Both the position numbers and the translations under genes were made by a program. A stretch of 64,000 bases of DNA, taken from positions 1,472,001 to 1,536,000 of the forward strand of contig OY969763.1 of NCBI GenBank assembly GCA_963702845.1. The letters are read 5' to 3'. Below are positions 38,735 through 49,449 of the stretch, piece by piece. Under the pieces are notes generated by a model. It saw only the letters and a program-made list of their open reading frames with translations, searched no databases and was not told where the DNA came from. Positions within the stretch are counted from its first letter, which is position 1. Every line of letters begins with the position of its first letter. This DNA is from an uncultured Verrucomicrobiae bacterium. Its GTDB lineage: Bacteria; Verrucomicrobiota; Verrucomicrobiia; Limisphaerales; Palsa-1400.

Positions 38735-41133
38735 TAGTTCGGCGGCGTCGTCCAGAGGAGTTGGTAAAACCGTTCTATTGGACTTCCCGGATTGTCGGAA
38801 AGGCTCATCGAATTCGAAGCCGAAGTGAAATTACTGATCGTTGCCCATTGTGCTTCCGACAGGCTGTTCTTGTATTGAAATCGGTAACTGACGAAAGGCG
38901 TGACGTTGCAATACAGATTGACGCTGCTGTTGCTGTTTGTAATTCCCGAAATCTTTGGTGCCCCGATGGCTGGACCTCGCGGTGTGACGTCGGACCACAA
39001 GAACCCGATGCGTAATTCGTCGACCATCATTGTTGCGGGTTGGAAAGTGTTGGTGATTTGATTGCCGCGTTGCAACAGCACGAAGCTTGCGATCTGCCCA
39101 CTTGTGCCGCCGGTGATATCGCTGCCGGTTGTCGCAATTAATGTTGCGCCAGGTGGTGTGTCCTGTCCAAACATGCGCGGGTTCGGATTGATCCACAACG
39201 ACGAGATGTCATCCGTTGAACTGCCGGAGTTAAATTTATAGCTGCCGACAAGAAACAGGGTGTCGTTCGTTGTAAATACGGCGGGGCACCAAACGTAATC
39301 CGAGGAGGTGCTGGAGTTCTTTGCGACCCCGATGTTGTAACCAGAATTGCCGACGGCGCGGGTCAGGATTCTTGTGGCCAGCACGGTTGGAGTGTTTACT
39401 TGGGAAGAGCGTGTATTGTTGAAACCCGCCGTCATTCCGCCATTAGTGCTGAGATTTCCAAGGTCATTAACTTTGAAGGCAAACGAATAGTAGAGCGTGC
39501 CGGTGGTTACGTTTGTGATCAGGTTGAAACGCGCACTTGGGCCCTCAACTGCTCCGAATTGCAGACCATTACCTTTGTAAAGCTGCAGACCTGAAATGGG
39601 CAGATTTCCGAAAACGACCGTCGCCGGTGGCGATGAGCCACTGCCCGCAGCAGACCACCAGTTGCCCGACGAATTCGTGATGTTGGATAATCTTGTACCA
39701 ACAGGATAGCCGAGCGGTTCGTAGATGGCCGGAATGATCACTGATAACTGCAAATCAAAACTCATGTTGGTGCCGCTCAAAGAGTATTGATGGACCTCGG
39801 CTGCAATCGTATTCGTGCCTTCGCGCAGTAGTGCCGGATCGATATTGTAGGTGTGCCATGTTGATTGAAGCGCACTGGCCATGACGGGAGCCAGAATCGT
39901 GTAGGTCGCGTTCGTGTTGAGTCCTTCAGAAATGATTGCGGTTCCGTTCAGGTAAACAATCGCCCCATGGCCGACAACCATTTTCATTATGGCACTGGTC
40001 ATCGCTGCTGTGTTGGTTGCAACGAACCGCGTTCGGAAATATGTCGTGATGATTTTGCTGTTCGCATTGTTGCCGAAGCTCACCACAGTTTGTTCATCGC
40101 CGTCACCGTATCCGAACTGCCCGGTGCCTGTGTTCCAGCCGGAGTCGTTGAAATTCGCCGTGCGCCACGCCACGCCTTGATCTGAACCGTCGTCGAGGTA
40201 TTTCCAATCCAAACCGCCGCCAATTAATTCGATTGGCGGCTGCGGTGCGTCCGTGCTGGTTCGAGGAAAGTACCGCAAGGGCTGGGTGGTCGCGTTATCA
40301 CTAACTGTAAAATATCCGCTGCTGAACGCGTCATAGCCTATGGCCTCTCCGTTCGGTTCACCGTCGGCAACCCCGGTGACTGGAATCGCAACCGGCGTAC
40401 CCGAAAACGCGCTGCTGATCGATTGCCCGTTCGTGCGCAGCCATAGCTTCGCAAAGTTTTCCTGTCGAACAATGATCTCGTTGCCCATCTGAGTGATGTC
40501 CGCTGCATTTGCGACGTCAAACGCAAGCGTCTGCACGAATTTTAAAGTGATCGAGTTGCTGACATCTAACTCGGCTTTCGGCGCCATATAGATTCGACTC
40601 GTGGCGGCCTTTGTCAGAATCCACAAATCGCCGGTTTGCGGATCGACAAACATTGCTTCGGCATTGTTGGTCTGGTCCGGGTAGGTGAGCGTGATCGTGC
40701 GTGCGCCTTTAATCAACGCTGCCGTGACTGGGTTCGTGACGTCGCGTGCATAAACAGCCGGCTCAGGAATTTGATACACTTTGATATGCGCACGTGTCAG
40801 ACCGTTGTCACCGATATCACCAACATAGAGGTAACTGATGTTTGTCACAGGCCCGGGGCCAATCGCGATATCTTCATTGTCCGTGTTTCCCGGAATCCCA
40901 TAAGTGCCGAGCAGGCGGCCTTGTGTGTCGATGGCGTAAACTTCGGCGGGATGGCCTGAGTCATTATGCGTCCACAGCACGGAGTCATTGTTGTGACTGG
41001 CAATAATTCCCGACGCTTCGGACAAACCCGAAATAGTGATGGTGCCATTTGTTATTGGCCCGGTAAAAGCCGGCGCTGCTTCCGATCGGCAGATTAGAAG
41101 GCTAAACAATGCTATAACAAAGTAGCGCGACAC
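38731..41133 (-). CDS. Secreted multidomain protein: esterase/phytase-like beta-propeller, WKYLDDG beta-sandwich, LamG-like domain, C-terminal RFY module
   Basis: Signal peptide; EASG..LWTHNDSG..DNEDIA..YVGDIGDN..AEAMFVD; WKYLDDGSDQG..TTYFR..AEVHQ; DELRIG..W..VTP. Confidence 0.75.
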   Translation of the reverse strand: MSRYFVIALFSLLICRSEAAPAFTGPITNGTITISGLSEASGIIASHNNDSVLWTHNDSGHPAEVYAIDTQGRLLGTYGIPGNTDNEDIAIGPGPVTNISYLYVGDIGDNGLTRAHIKVYQIPEPAVYARDVTNPVTAALIKGARTITLTYPDQTNNAEAMFVDPQTGDLWILTKAATSRIYMAPKAELDVSNSITLKFVQTLAFDVANAADITQMGNEIIVRQENFAKLWLRTNGQSISSAFSGTPVAIPVTGVADGEPNGEAIGYDAFSSGYFTVSDNATTQPLRYFPRTSTDAPQPPIELIGGGLDWKYLDDGSDQGVAWRTANFNDSGWNTGTGQFGYGDGDEQTVVSFGNNANSKIITTYFRTRFVATNTAAMTSAIMKMVVGHGAIVYLNGTAIISEGLNTNATYTILAPVMASALQSTWHTYNIDPALLREGTNTIAAEVHQYSLSGTNMSFDLQLSVIIPAIYEPLGYPVGTRLSNITNSSGNWWSAAGSGSSPPATVVFGNLPISGLQLYKGNGLQFGAVEGPSARFNLITNVTTGTLYYSFAFKVNDLGNLSTNGGMTAGFNNTRSSQVNTPTVLATRILTRAVGNSGYNIGVAKNSSTSSDYVWCPAVFTTNDTLFLVGSYKFNSGSSTDDISSLWINPNPRMFGQDTPPGATLIATTGSDITGGTSGQIASFVLLQRGNQITNTFQPATMMVDELRIGFLWSDVTPRGPAIGAPKISGITNSNSSVNLYCNVTPFVSYRFQYKNSLSEAQWATISNFTSASNSMSLSDNPGSPIERFYQLLWTTPPNY

Positions 41134-41145
41134 AAAATTGTCGTT

Positions 41146-44100
41146 CTAGTAGGTGGGCGTATTGGTCCAAACGGCGGGTGAACTGTTGGTTCCTTTGCGG
41201 ATGATAAATCCACTGCCTGCGCCGAGAGGCTGATTCGAACCAACGTCGGTTGAGCCCGCGCCGACCTGTCGCCAAGCGCCATTCCAATAGTAATAAACGG
41301 CCGCGGCGGATTTGTTTCGGTTTGTCGCCGCATTATCGAACGTAAGCAACTCATCGGTTCTGTTGCCGGGCAGCGGGCTGGGCGCAAAAGCTCCATTGCT
41401 GACCAGACCCGAATCGTTTAGCGACACGGGCGTCGGCCGCATTAGTGCCGCAGAGTTGTCTTGCTGGTTGGTCGTTGTCGCTTGCAAAACTATCGCAAGT
41501 TTTGACGTAACCACGTTGCCTGCCACGACCAGCACGGTGTTTGTCGTGACGTTGTGGCGCACGATCAAGTAGCTGCTCGGAGCGATAACATCATCATTGT
41601 GATTGGCGATACCCTGACCGACTTGTTTCCAGATGCCGCTGTTGAAAAAGTAAACTTTCGTGGCGCTCAAATTTATACCGGCACTCGTCAGATCGGATGT
41701 GAGCACTTCGGTATTTCGATTGCCGAGAGTAGGGGAGATATTTACGCCCGCGCCATTCGGGAAAATCGTGCCGAGTGTCCAGTACGATTCAATGGCAATT
41801 CCATCGCCCGCATTCACATTGCTGAGCGTGTCGGCCCCAAGGCTCAAGGTCACGGTGTTGCTCGAATTGGCGGTAATTGAAAAGATGCGACCTTCGGCAG
41901 TGCCTGAGGTGAAGCGGACGCAGTAAGTGTTCGATTGTGTTCCCGATGCATAAACAAACTGGTTCGTCACCCAGTTCGGCGAGCCGGCAACGGTGATGAC
42001 GTTTGCCGAACCGGAAGCGACAGTTGCGTAAGTTGCATCGGCGCGCGTAAATGGGACCGATACGAAACTGTCAGAATTTCCGAGAAGTTGGATTTTCAGA
42101 AAACCAGCAGGAGCGCTGGTGGAGTTTCCTGTTGAGATTTGATAGTAGCGTTGGCTGTTCGTGAGCGGGCCATCGACAAGCGTCAGAGAGTTTGAACTCG
42201 CATTAAAAAACCCAATAGTCGTCCCCGCTGGATCTGTCAGGTTGGTTTTATAATCGAACCGATACGTCGCTCCGGTCGCAACAGTCCACGTGCTGCTAAC
42301 GGTGTTGTCGGGATTGACCGAAATACTGGCGAGTTGCGGCGTGGCTGTCGGGATGATCAGGAGCGCGTCTGTGCTCGTATCCGACCCTGCAATATTTGTC
42401 ACCACGACCGAGTAACTCGCAACATCGCCGTAAGTGGCTCCATTGATCGTAAGAGTTGAGGTCGTGGAATTCGCAATACTTACTCCGTTCTTGTGCCATT
42501 GGAAACTGAGCGGTGCGGTGCCGCTCGCCGCAGTGATAAAACTAACGTTTGCTCCCGGAGAAACCGTCTGACTGGCCGGCTGTTGTGTGATGCTTGCCGG
42601 AACATTGACTGTCAGCCCCGCATTCGCGCTTGTTACCGTTCCGGCGACGTTGGTGATCACCACGGAATACGAGCCCGCGTCGCTCGAATCGACGTCTGTC
42701 GCGGTATAGGCCGAACTCGTCGCGTTGGCGATGGGCGACGCGTTGAACCGCCATTGATACGCAAGGGGAGCGGTGCCGCTCGCGTTAACTGTGAAGGTCA
42801 CGTCGGAACTGGCAATCACCGTTTGGCTACCGGGCTGTGTCGAAATAGCCGGAGGCACATTAACAGTAAGTGTCGCCGTCGAGCTGGTGGCCGCACCGGC
42901 GATGTTTGTAACGACTACGAAGTACGAACCGACATTGGCGGGAGTAGCATTTGTGACGGTGTAAGATGACGTCGTTGCGCCCGAGAGCGGCGCACTGTTG
43001 AAATTCCATTGGTAATGCAGCGGCGGTGCTCCCGACGCAGTCACGCTGAAGGATGTTGTGGTTCCGGCGACGACAGTTTTGCTTTGCGGTTGCGCCGTGA
43101 TCGCCGCTGGTGAAACCGGAGTAACGGACGCCCAGTTCGTCCCGATCCTCAGTTCGTCTACTGTCATCGACGCAGGTTCAGCCGAGGATCGTTGCAAATA
43201 AACAAAGCTCGCGATTTGGCTGCTGCTGATATCGTTGCCGTTGGTTGTGGTCAAGTCCGCTGCTGGCGGATTCGCTGACGTAAAACTATTGGTATTCGGA
43301 TTAATCCACATCTGCGCCAGGTCGTTCGTAGCGGTGCCCGAATTGATGGTGTATGCGCCGACAAGAAGCACGGTGTCGGCCGTGGTAAATACGCGCGAAT
43401 CCCACACCCAATCCGCGGTGGTCGATGAATCCTTCGACATTCCGATATTGAAGCCGCCGCTGGCGGTTCTGAGATACAGACGCGTTGCGACTTCAGACGG
43501 TTGTCCCGTTTGCGTGCCGGTTGAATTATTCAACCCAGCAACGAAAACCCCCGAACCGCTCAATCCGGTGAGATCGGTAATTTTGAGCAGATAGGAATAA
43601 TATATGGTGCCTGACGTTTGGGTGGTGCCGGATGGAAATGAAAAACGAACGCTTTTTCCCAGTCCGCCGAAACGAATACTATTTCCAATCGATGCCAAAA
43701 GATTTGTCGTCGTCAAATTACCTGTGCTCGCCTGAATCGAACTGCCGGCAGTGCTCGTGCCGACTTCATCCCACTTGATTCCAATCGGACTGCTTTGCCC
43801 GGCCAAAACAGTTCCGCTCACATAATTGAACGGCTCATAATATGGAAATTTGAAAACGATCGTCAGCGTTGCCACCGCGCTGGTGATGCTCCCGTAAGCG
43901 TTGGTGATGACGACGGTGTAACTCCCCGCATCGTTCGTTAAAGCATTGTTGATACTCAAAGTGGGTGTCGTCGTTCCTGAAACAGTGCCGCCGTCCGCGA
44001 GAATTGTTTGATTCTTAAACCACTGATAGCTCAAGCCATTGCCTGATGCGACGACGCTGAACGTCGACAGCGAACCAGCGGCATCCGTTCGACTCTGTGG

Positions 44101-47100
44101 CTGCGTGACGATCGACGGCGGCAAATCGGCAACTGTCAGTATCGCCTGCTGACTGGTGACGGCGCCGGTAGAGTTGGTTACGATAACTGTATAAGTCCCC
44201 TGGTCCGATTCCGCCACCGAAAGTAATGTCAGATTGCTCGTGCTCGCACCGACGATCGATGCGCCGTCGTTCAAGTTCAGCGCGTTTTTCTGCCAACGAT
44301 AGCTTAACGAAGGCGTGCCGCTTGCGATGACGTGGAACAAAACGTTCGAACCAACGATTGCTCCCTGGCTTTGAGGATGTGCCACGATTCCAGGATCCAA
44401 AACCGCCAATGGGGCAGGGGAACTCGTCACCGAATTGAACGCGTTCGTAACCACGCACTGATACGTTCCTGCGTCCGTCGAGTGAACAATCGCCACGGTC
44501 AGATTCGAACTCGTCGCGCCCGAAATATTTCCGCCGTTGCTGAGTGTCGATCCATTTTTCGTCCACCGAAATGTGATCGGCGTGCTCCCCACGGCGTTCA
44601 CGTTGAACATCGTATTCACGCCGTACGCATTGGTCTGACCGGCAGACTGGCCAATAATGACAACAGGGCCGGAGAAAGTTAGCGTCCCGACCGAACTCGT
44701 CGCGGTCCCGTATGTATTCGAAACAACGACACTATAACTGCCTACTTCCGGCCCTTGAATGGCTCCGAGGGTGAGGATGTCACTCGTGGTTCCCGAAACA
44801 TTACCGCCGTCATTCAGCGGCGCGCCGTTCTTATACCACTTGAAAATCAGCGGCGCAGTCCCGCCACTGGAAACGGTCAAAATCACATTCGTTCCCGTGC
44901 CTGCAGTTTGGCTCGCCGGCTGTTTCGTAATCGTCGGCGGATTATTCCACGGATTTGGTCCCGGCAAATTCTTCGATGCATAAGCATCTTCAAAACTCAG
45001 CAAATCCGTCATCGAAACGTTCGTGTCGCCATTCCCCCAAAGAAATCCGATGAATCCCGGGAAGCCCACGTTGATGGCTCCTTGCGAACGCGCGTTGATC
45101 GCGGTGATCCATTCCGACGCAGAAACACCTGAGCGCCCCCAGGCTGTGCCATTTGTAGTCTGGCCGAAATGTTCTCCCAAAATCAGCCGGCTTTTCGGCA
45201 CGCCGACCGAAGCATAACTCGCAACCGAACTTTGATACTGGTTTTGACAGTAACTGACCGAAAAACCGTTGTTCTTGATTTCCGTTCCGCTTAAATAATT
45301 TTCCACCGCGATGTAAGCATCCCCGATCAACGCCACCCAATTCGACGAGTTGTTCGCGGGATTCGGGAATGGTGCATACATGACCACCGTGTAACCGTAC
45401 GTATTTTTCAACGTGTGCGCCGTGTCGCAGACATATTGTCGATAGCTCGCGTTGACCGGCCATGTGCCAGCCGAAATTTCATTCAAAATCAGCCACGTCG
45501 GTTTCCCGTTGGTTGGGGAATAATTTGACGTCACGTAAGAATCGATGGACGCAGCTTTTTGCGCGCCGGTCATATTCGTCCAGGCCTGGTCGTTAAAGGT
45601 GTTGTAATAAAACGCGAACGAATTGCCGTTGCTAAAAACATCCGCAATGTGATCGTCGCTGCTCAACTCGATATAGTGTCCGTTGGTGCTGAGGAAATTG
45701 AGATGATCGAATTGTGATTGGCAGAGCGACGTCGCGCACCCGCAACAAAAGCCGCTCAGGTCAAACCGCAAATCAGCGACCCGCCGTGCGTTGATTCGAA
45801 ACGCCAGTAACCCGCGATCTGAATCCAATGCAAACAGCCTATCGCCCGCGAACACCACTGTTCCAACCCAGAACCCATTGCCGTTCGTATTCGCAAACGT
45901 CCAGCTATCGAGCAACGCTGGGCTCGCCGGATTCGTGATGCTATAAAGATTCAACTGGTCCGGCCCGTTCCCGGGAACAATTGCCGCCAACAATTTGTTC
46001 GCTGGATCCACGCCAAACGTGCCGAAGTTTGGCAGATTCGTAATCGTCTGGATCGTTGTCGCTGTGAAGTTCGTCGTGTTGTAACTGACCTTCGTCAGCG
46101 GCAAGCCATTGGTCTTTCCCCAAAATGTGTTCGTTGAGTCGAACGCCACAGAAAGTCCGAACGTATTCACTGGAGCGTCGCTGGTGTAAAGCGTCGCACT
46201 AAAATTCGTGCCATTCGCTGTTGTCAGCAGCGATGCTGTGTTCGCTGCTCGCGAGCCAATGAGGATTTGCGTGTTGATGCCCGCCCCGCGCAATGCAAAA
46301 CAATCGCCCACGCGCGATCCATTTGGAAATCCTCCTGTGCCCGAGTACGCAATGGTCGGAACCGTATTCGCGTCAGAGTTCGCCCAACGATAAACCTTGA
46401 AAGGCGCTGACCCCGAAACCGATGTCTGAACATTTGCCGCGTAAATCACTCCATCGCCAGCCACTCCGACACGGTCCAGCAGGAATCCACCCTGAGTCAC
46501 TCCGCTCGTATTTAAAACTTTTTTGAACGCACCCGTGTCCGCATCAATGACGTTGACGCTCAGCCCATCCGTCCCGTGGTGTACGATCACCAACTCGTTG
46601 CTCAGCGCGTTATAGGCCAGACCGCGTTCGACGGCTGATGCTCCCGTCGAAATATACGGCACGCTTCCCGGAGCGATGTTCCACATCGACTCCAAATGCG
46701 TTGAGCCGTTCTGAGAATTCGTTTTGACAGTGAACGCCACATCGGACCAATCCACTGGCGAACCGCTTAGTACCTGCACTCGCACTAGACAATTGGTTCC
46801 CGGCCAAAATGGAACCGTAATCGTGTTCGAACCGTTGTTCGCCACATTATATGCGAGCGAGCGAAACGATTGTCCGCCGTCTGTCGACAAATCGATAGTC
46901 ACGTTCCCGACCGATCCTGTGCTCGACCACGTTACCGTCGCCGTGCTACCCGAAAACCAAAACTCTCCACCATTCGGCGAAGTGACGGTGATGCTGTTCG
47001 TTGGCGTGATCGGCAAGGTCGTATTGAGCGGTCCTCCGTGCGCCGCCTTCGTGATTTGCCCAGCCACCTGCAAATACCAATCGCTCGGCAACGACGTCCC

Positions 47101-48288
47101 ATCGACATTCAAACCGAACATATTCGTATACTGCGGAACGGTCGACATCGTCGGCGCCAACTTATAAATCGCCGTGCCTTCATCGATCTCATCGAACATC
47201 GCGCCGAAGAGCATCTTCGAGCCGATCGACAAACAGTCATATGCCTGTCGCCAATAGAACGAACCCGCCAGTCGCGGCGCGCTGTTCGACGTGCTGCCCG
47301 CGCCATTCAAATTCGCTGAAGAATAACCCGGAAAAATCACCGGCATATAATCGACGTTGTTGCTCACGCACCAGGTCAGGTCCGGCGCAACGATGCTCGA
47401 CTTGAAACTATCGATTTGGCTGGCATTTTGATACCGACCCACCGCCCACGGATTAATAATATCGAACGATTTGTAGACGGTCAGCCAATTCGTGTCCGCT
47501 TGCGCATCATTAATCAACAACCGCCACCAATAAGGCACACCGCCCATCACCGTGCAGCCCGCAGCGTGAAAATTGCTGATGATCGTCAGCGCCTGCGCCG
47601 GTGTATACATCGCGGTAGAGGAGGGAATGTTCGAAAATCCAAGACCCCAGATTCCGACCAGCGGCTTCCCTTTGTGTTTTAAATAACGCGAACTGTTGGT
47701 GATCCCAAGCGTCCCAGTGACATAAGCCCAATCACTTTGCAGATGGCCAATCGCAACATTCGTCGGATCATTTGAAATGTCATATTCAATGCAAAACACG
47801 CGGCCATTTGTTTCCGCTGCGTTCTTCACATTCACCAGAACCTGATTCTTAAGCGCAGTCCAATTCGCATCCGCGAAAACGTCCTTCGTGAACCGCTGCG
47901 CAAAAACACCATCAATCCCATTCGTCTTCATCCACGCAAAATGCCGATTCACCGTCTGGCCGAGATAAGCCGAATAAACCTTTGCCGGTTGACCATTTCC
48001 GAGCGTCAGACCGGTGGGAAACAACTCAGCAGCGGTGAATTCCGTAAGGTCAGGCCAGATGTCATCCACACAATCACTCGTCGAAGGCGCCGTTGCAGAA
48101 TGAGTCCAATGAATGTAACCACCGACCGGATTGCCATCGCCTTGGGCAGCATGCCATCCCTGGTAACCGATGATGAACTTGTTACTGACTGTGGAGTTAT
48201 CGACAGTTTGTGCGGGTGCAGCAACCGTACAGCAAATGAGTACGGCAAAGACGACCAACAAAACCCGTAAACGGGAAAACATCTGCAT
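41146..48288 (-). CDS. Giant secreted modular protein: GH71/99-like domain, DUF4623-like propeller, unknown domain, ~7 Ig domains, LamG-like domain, TIGR02597-like C-terminus
   Basis: GYQGW..WPD..HFAWM..GIDGVF.QRF..EYDIS..PWAVGRY..MFDEIDEGTAI; ERGLAYN..VAGDGVIYAAN..FKVYRW; GNSDSFVSVPF..YWTLGTIFP; start 48288 or 48282. Confidence 0.8.
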   Translation of the reverse strand: MQMFSRLRVLLVVFAVLICCTVAAPAQTVDNSTVSNKFIIGYQGWHAAQGDGNPVGGYIHWTHSATAPSTSDCVDDIWPDLTEFTAAELFPTGLTLGNGQPAKVYSAYLGQTVNRHFAWMKTNGIDGVFAQRFTKDVFADANWTALKNQVLVNVKNAAETNGRVFCIEYDISNDPTNVAIGHLQSDWAYVTGTLGITNSSRYLKHKGKPLVGIWGLGFSNIPSSTAMYTPAQALTIISNFHAAGCTVMGGVPYWWRLLINDAQADTNWLTVYKSFDIINPWAVGRYQNASQIDSFKSSIVAPDLTWCVSNNVDYMPVIFPGYSSANLNGAGSTSNSAPRLAGSFYWRQAYDCLSIGSKMLFGAMFDEIDEGTAIYKLAPTMSTVPQYTNMFGLNVDGTSLPSDWYLQVAGQITKAAHGGPLNTTLPITPTNSITVTSPNGGEFWFSGSTATVTWSSTGSVGNVTIDLSTDGGQSFRSLAYNVANNGSNTITVPFWPGTNCLVRVQVLSGSPVDWSDVAFTVKTNSQNGSTHLESMWNIAPGSVPYISTGASAVERGLAYNALSNELVIVHHGTDGLSVNVIDADTGAFKKVLNTSGVTQGGFLLDRVGVAGDGVIYAANVQTSVSGSAPFKVYRWANSDANTVPTIAYSGTGGFPNGSRVGDCFALRGAGINTQILIGSRAANTASLLTTANGTNFSATLYTSDAPVNTFGLSVAFDSTNTFWGKTNGLPLTKVSYNTTNFTATTIQTITNLPNFGTFGVDPANKLLAAIVPGNGPDQLNLYSITNPASPALLDSWTFANTNGNGFWVGTVVFAGDRLFALDSDRGLLAFRINARRVADLRFDLSGFCCGCATSLCQSQFDHLNFLSTNGHYIELSSDDHIADVFSNGNSFAFYYNTFNDQAWTNMTGAQKAASIDSYVTSNYSPTNGKPTWLILNEISAGTWPVNASYRQYVCDTAHTLKNTYGYTVVMYAPFPNPANNSSNWVALIGDAYIAVENYLSGTEIKNNGFSVSYCQNQYQSSVASYASVGVPKSRLILGEHFGQTTNGTAWGRSGVSASEWITAINARSQGAINVGFPGFIGFLWGNGDTNVSMTDLLSFEDAYASKNLPGPNPWNNPPTITKQPASQTAGTGTNVILTVSSGGTAPLIFKWYKNGAPLNDGGNVSGTTSDILTLGAIQGPEVGSYSVVVSNTYGTATSSVGTLTFSGPVVIIGQSAGQTNAYGVNTMFNVNAVGSTPITFRWTKNGSTLSNGGNISGATSSNLTVAIVHSTDAGTYQCVVTNAFNSVTSSPAPLAVLDPGIVAHPQSQGAIVGSNVLFHVIASGTPSLSYRWQKNALNLNDGASIVGASTSNLTLLSVAESDQGTYTVIVTNSTGAVTSQQAILTVADLPPSIVTQPQSRTDAAGSLSTFSVVASGNGLSYQWFKNQTILADGGTVSGTTTPTLSINNALTNDAGSYTVVITNAYGSITSAVATLTIVFKFPYYEPFNYVSGTVLAGQSSPIGIKWDEVGTSTAGSSIQASTGNLTTTNLLASIGNSIRFGGLGKSVRFSFPSGTTQTSGTIYYSYLLKITDLTGLSGSGVFVAGLNNSTGTQTGQPSEVATRLYLRTASGGFNIGMSKDSSTTADWVWDSRVFTTADTVLLVGAYTINSGTATNDLAQMWINPNTNSFTSANPPAADLTTTNGNDISSSQIASFVYLQRSSAEPASMTVDELRIGTNWASVTPVSPAAITAQPQSKTVVAGTTTSFSVTASGAPPLHYQWNFNSAPLSGATTSSYTVTNATPANVGSYFVVVTNIAGAATSSTATLTVNVPPAISTQPGSQTVIASSDVTFTVNASGTAPLAYQWRFNASPIANATSSAYTATDVDSSDAGSYSVVITNVAGTVTSANAGLTVNVPASITQQPASQTVSPGANVSFITAASGTAPLSFQWHKNGVSIANSTTSTLTINGATYGDVASYSVVVTNIAGSDTSTDALLIIPTATPQLASISVNPDNTVSSTWTVATGATYRFDYKTNLTDPAGTTIGFFNASSNSLTLVDGPLTNSQRYYQISTGNSTSAPAGFLKIQLLGNSDSFVSVPFTRADATYATVASGSANVITVAGSPNWVTNQFVYASGTQSNTYCVRFTSGTAEGRIFSITANSSNTVTLSLGADTLSNVNAGDGIAIESYWTLGTIFPNGAGVNISPTLGNRNTEVLTSDLTSAGINLSATKVYFFNSGIWKQVGQGIANHNDDVIAPSSYLIVRHNVTTNTVLVVAGNVVTSKLAIVLQATTTNQQDNSAALMRPTPVSLNDSGLVSNGAFAPSPLPGNRTDELLTFDNAATNRNKSAAAVYYYWNGAWRQVGAGSTDVGSNQPLGAGSGFIIRKGTNSSPAVWTNTPTY

Positions 48289-48370
48289 GGAAACTGGGCA
48301 GCCACAAGGGTCGCATTTTTGACACGAACCACAAGGCAATTCTCCGCTGCGGAACAAAGCCGGTGGCGTG

Positions 48371-48435
48371 CCTTCTCCCTCTCCTCCCCGTGCGAGACCG
48401 ACGTTCGGCGAGGAGAGGGTTGGGGAGAGGAGGCC
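48371..48435. repeat. CCCTCTCC / GGAGAGGG-type intergenic palindromic repeat
   Basis: CCCTCTCCTC (48377-48386) pairs with GAGGAGAGGG (48410-48419), followed by TTGGGGAGAGG. Confidence 0.65.
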
Positions 48436-48495
48436 AATTACTCGCTACCGATACATCCTCGTCACTTCGATCGTTTTCCTGTATTCACTCACCTG

Positions 48496-49449
48496 ATGAA
48501 AAGGTTGGTCTTAATTCTCGCGTTGATCGTTTCCGTTTCCACCTCTGCACTCGCCTGGAGCGGCGCGGGCCATATGGTCATCGCCGGCATTGCCTACAAA
48601 GAGCTTTCGCCCGAAACAAAACTCAAAGTCAACGCCCTCCTCAAATCACATCCCGACTATCACAAATGGACCAATGCCTATTCCGGTGAATCGGCCGGAA
48701 TGGATTTAGACACGTTTGTTTTTCTGCGTTCCAGCACCTGGCCCGATGACATTCGCCGCAAACACAACGACTACGATCATCCCCAGTGGCACTATATCGA
48801 TTACCCCTTGCGCCCAACAAAATTCAAAATGGAAGAACCGCCGTCGCACACCAACGACATCCTCTTTGGCCTGAACGAATCCGAGAAAATACTCGCCGAC
48901 ACCCACGCCACTGCCGAAGCCCGCGCCGCCCATCTATCCTGGGTCGTGCATTTGATTGGCGACATCCATCAACCCTTGCACTGCGCGTCCCTGTTCAGTG
49001 CTGAGTTCCCGAAAGGTGACAAAGGCGGCAACTCATTTTACGTGAAACCGGCCACACGCGGCATCAAACTCCATTCCTTGTGGGACGGCTTGCTCGGCAC
49101 CAAAAACGAGCCGCGCACCCAGTTGAACGAAGCCACCCGCCTTCGCTCCGAACATCCCCATACCGAATGGCCGGAGTTCACGAAGCCGACGACAGACACA
49201 CCGGAACCTGCGACCGCCGACAGACATAAACAATGGAGTCTAGAAGGCAGAACCCTCGCTATCGAAAAAGCCTACTTGCACGGCAAACTCAAAAGCAGCG
49301 CCAAGACTGATCCGGCTGGGACATTGCCGAAGGAGTATTTGAAGGAAGCGAAACTCATTGCCGAAAAACAGGCAGCCGTGGCCGGATATCGTTTAGCGTC
49401 GGATCTAGAGAGCGCGATGCGTGCGGATACAGGTAAGACCATCCAGTGA
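48496..49449 (+). CDS. Secreted S1/P1 nuclease
   Basis: Signal peptide ending ALA|WSGAGH, TWPDDIR, WHYID, HLIGDIHQPLH, GDKGGN, LHSLWD, AGYRLA. Confidence 0.93.
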   Translation: MKRLVLILALIVSVSTSALAWSGAGHMVIAGIAYKELSPETKLKVNALLKSHPDYHKWTNAYSGESAGMDLDTFVFLRSSTWPDDIRRKHNDYDHPQWHYIDYPLRPTKFKMEEPPSHTNDILFGLNESEKILADTHATAEARAAHLSWVVHLIGDIHQPLHCASLFSAEFPKGDKGGNSFYVKPATRGIKLHSLWDGLLGTKNEPRTQLNEATRLRSEHPHTEWPEFTKPTTDTPEPATADRHKQWSLEGRTLAIEKAYLHGKLKSSAKTDPAGTLPKEYLKEAKLIAEKQAAVAGYRLASDLESAMRADTGKTIQ

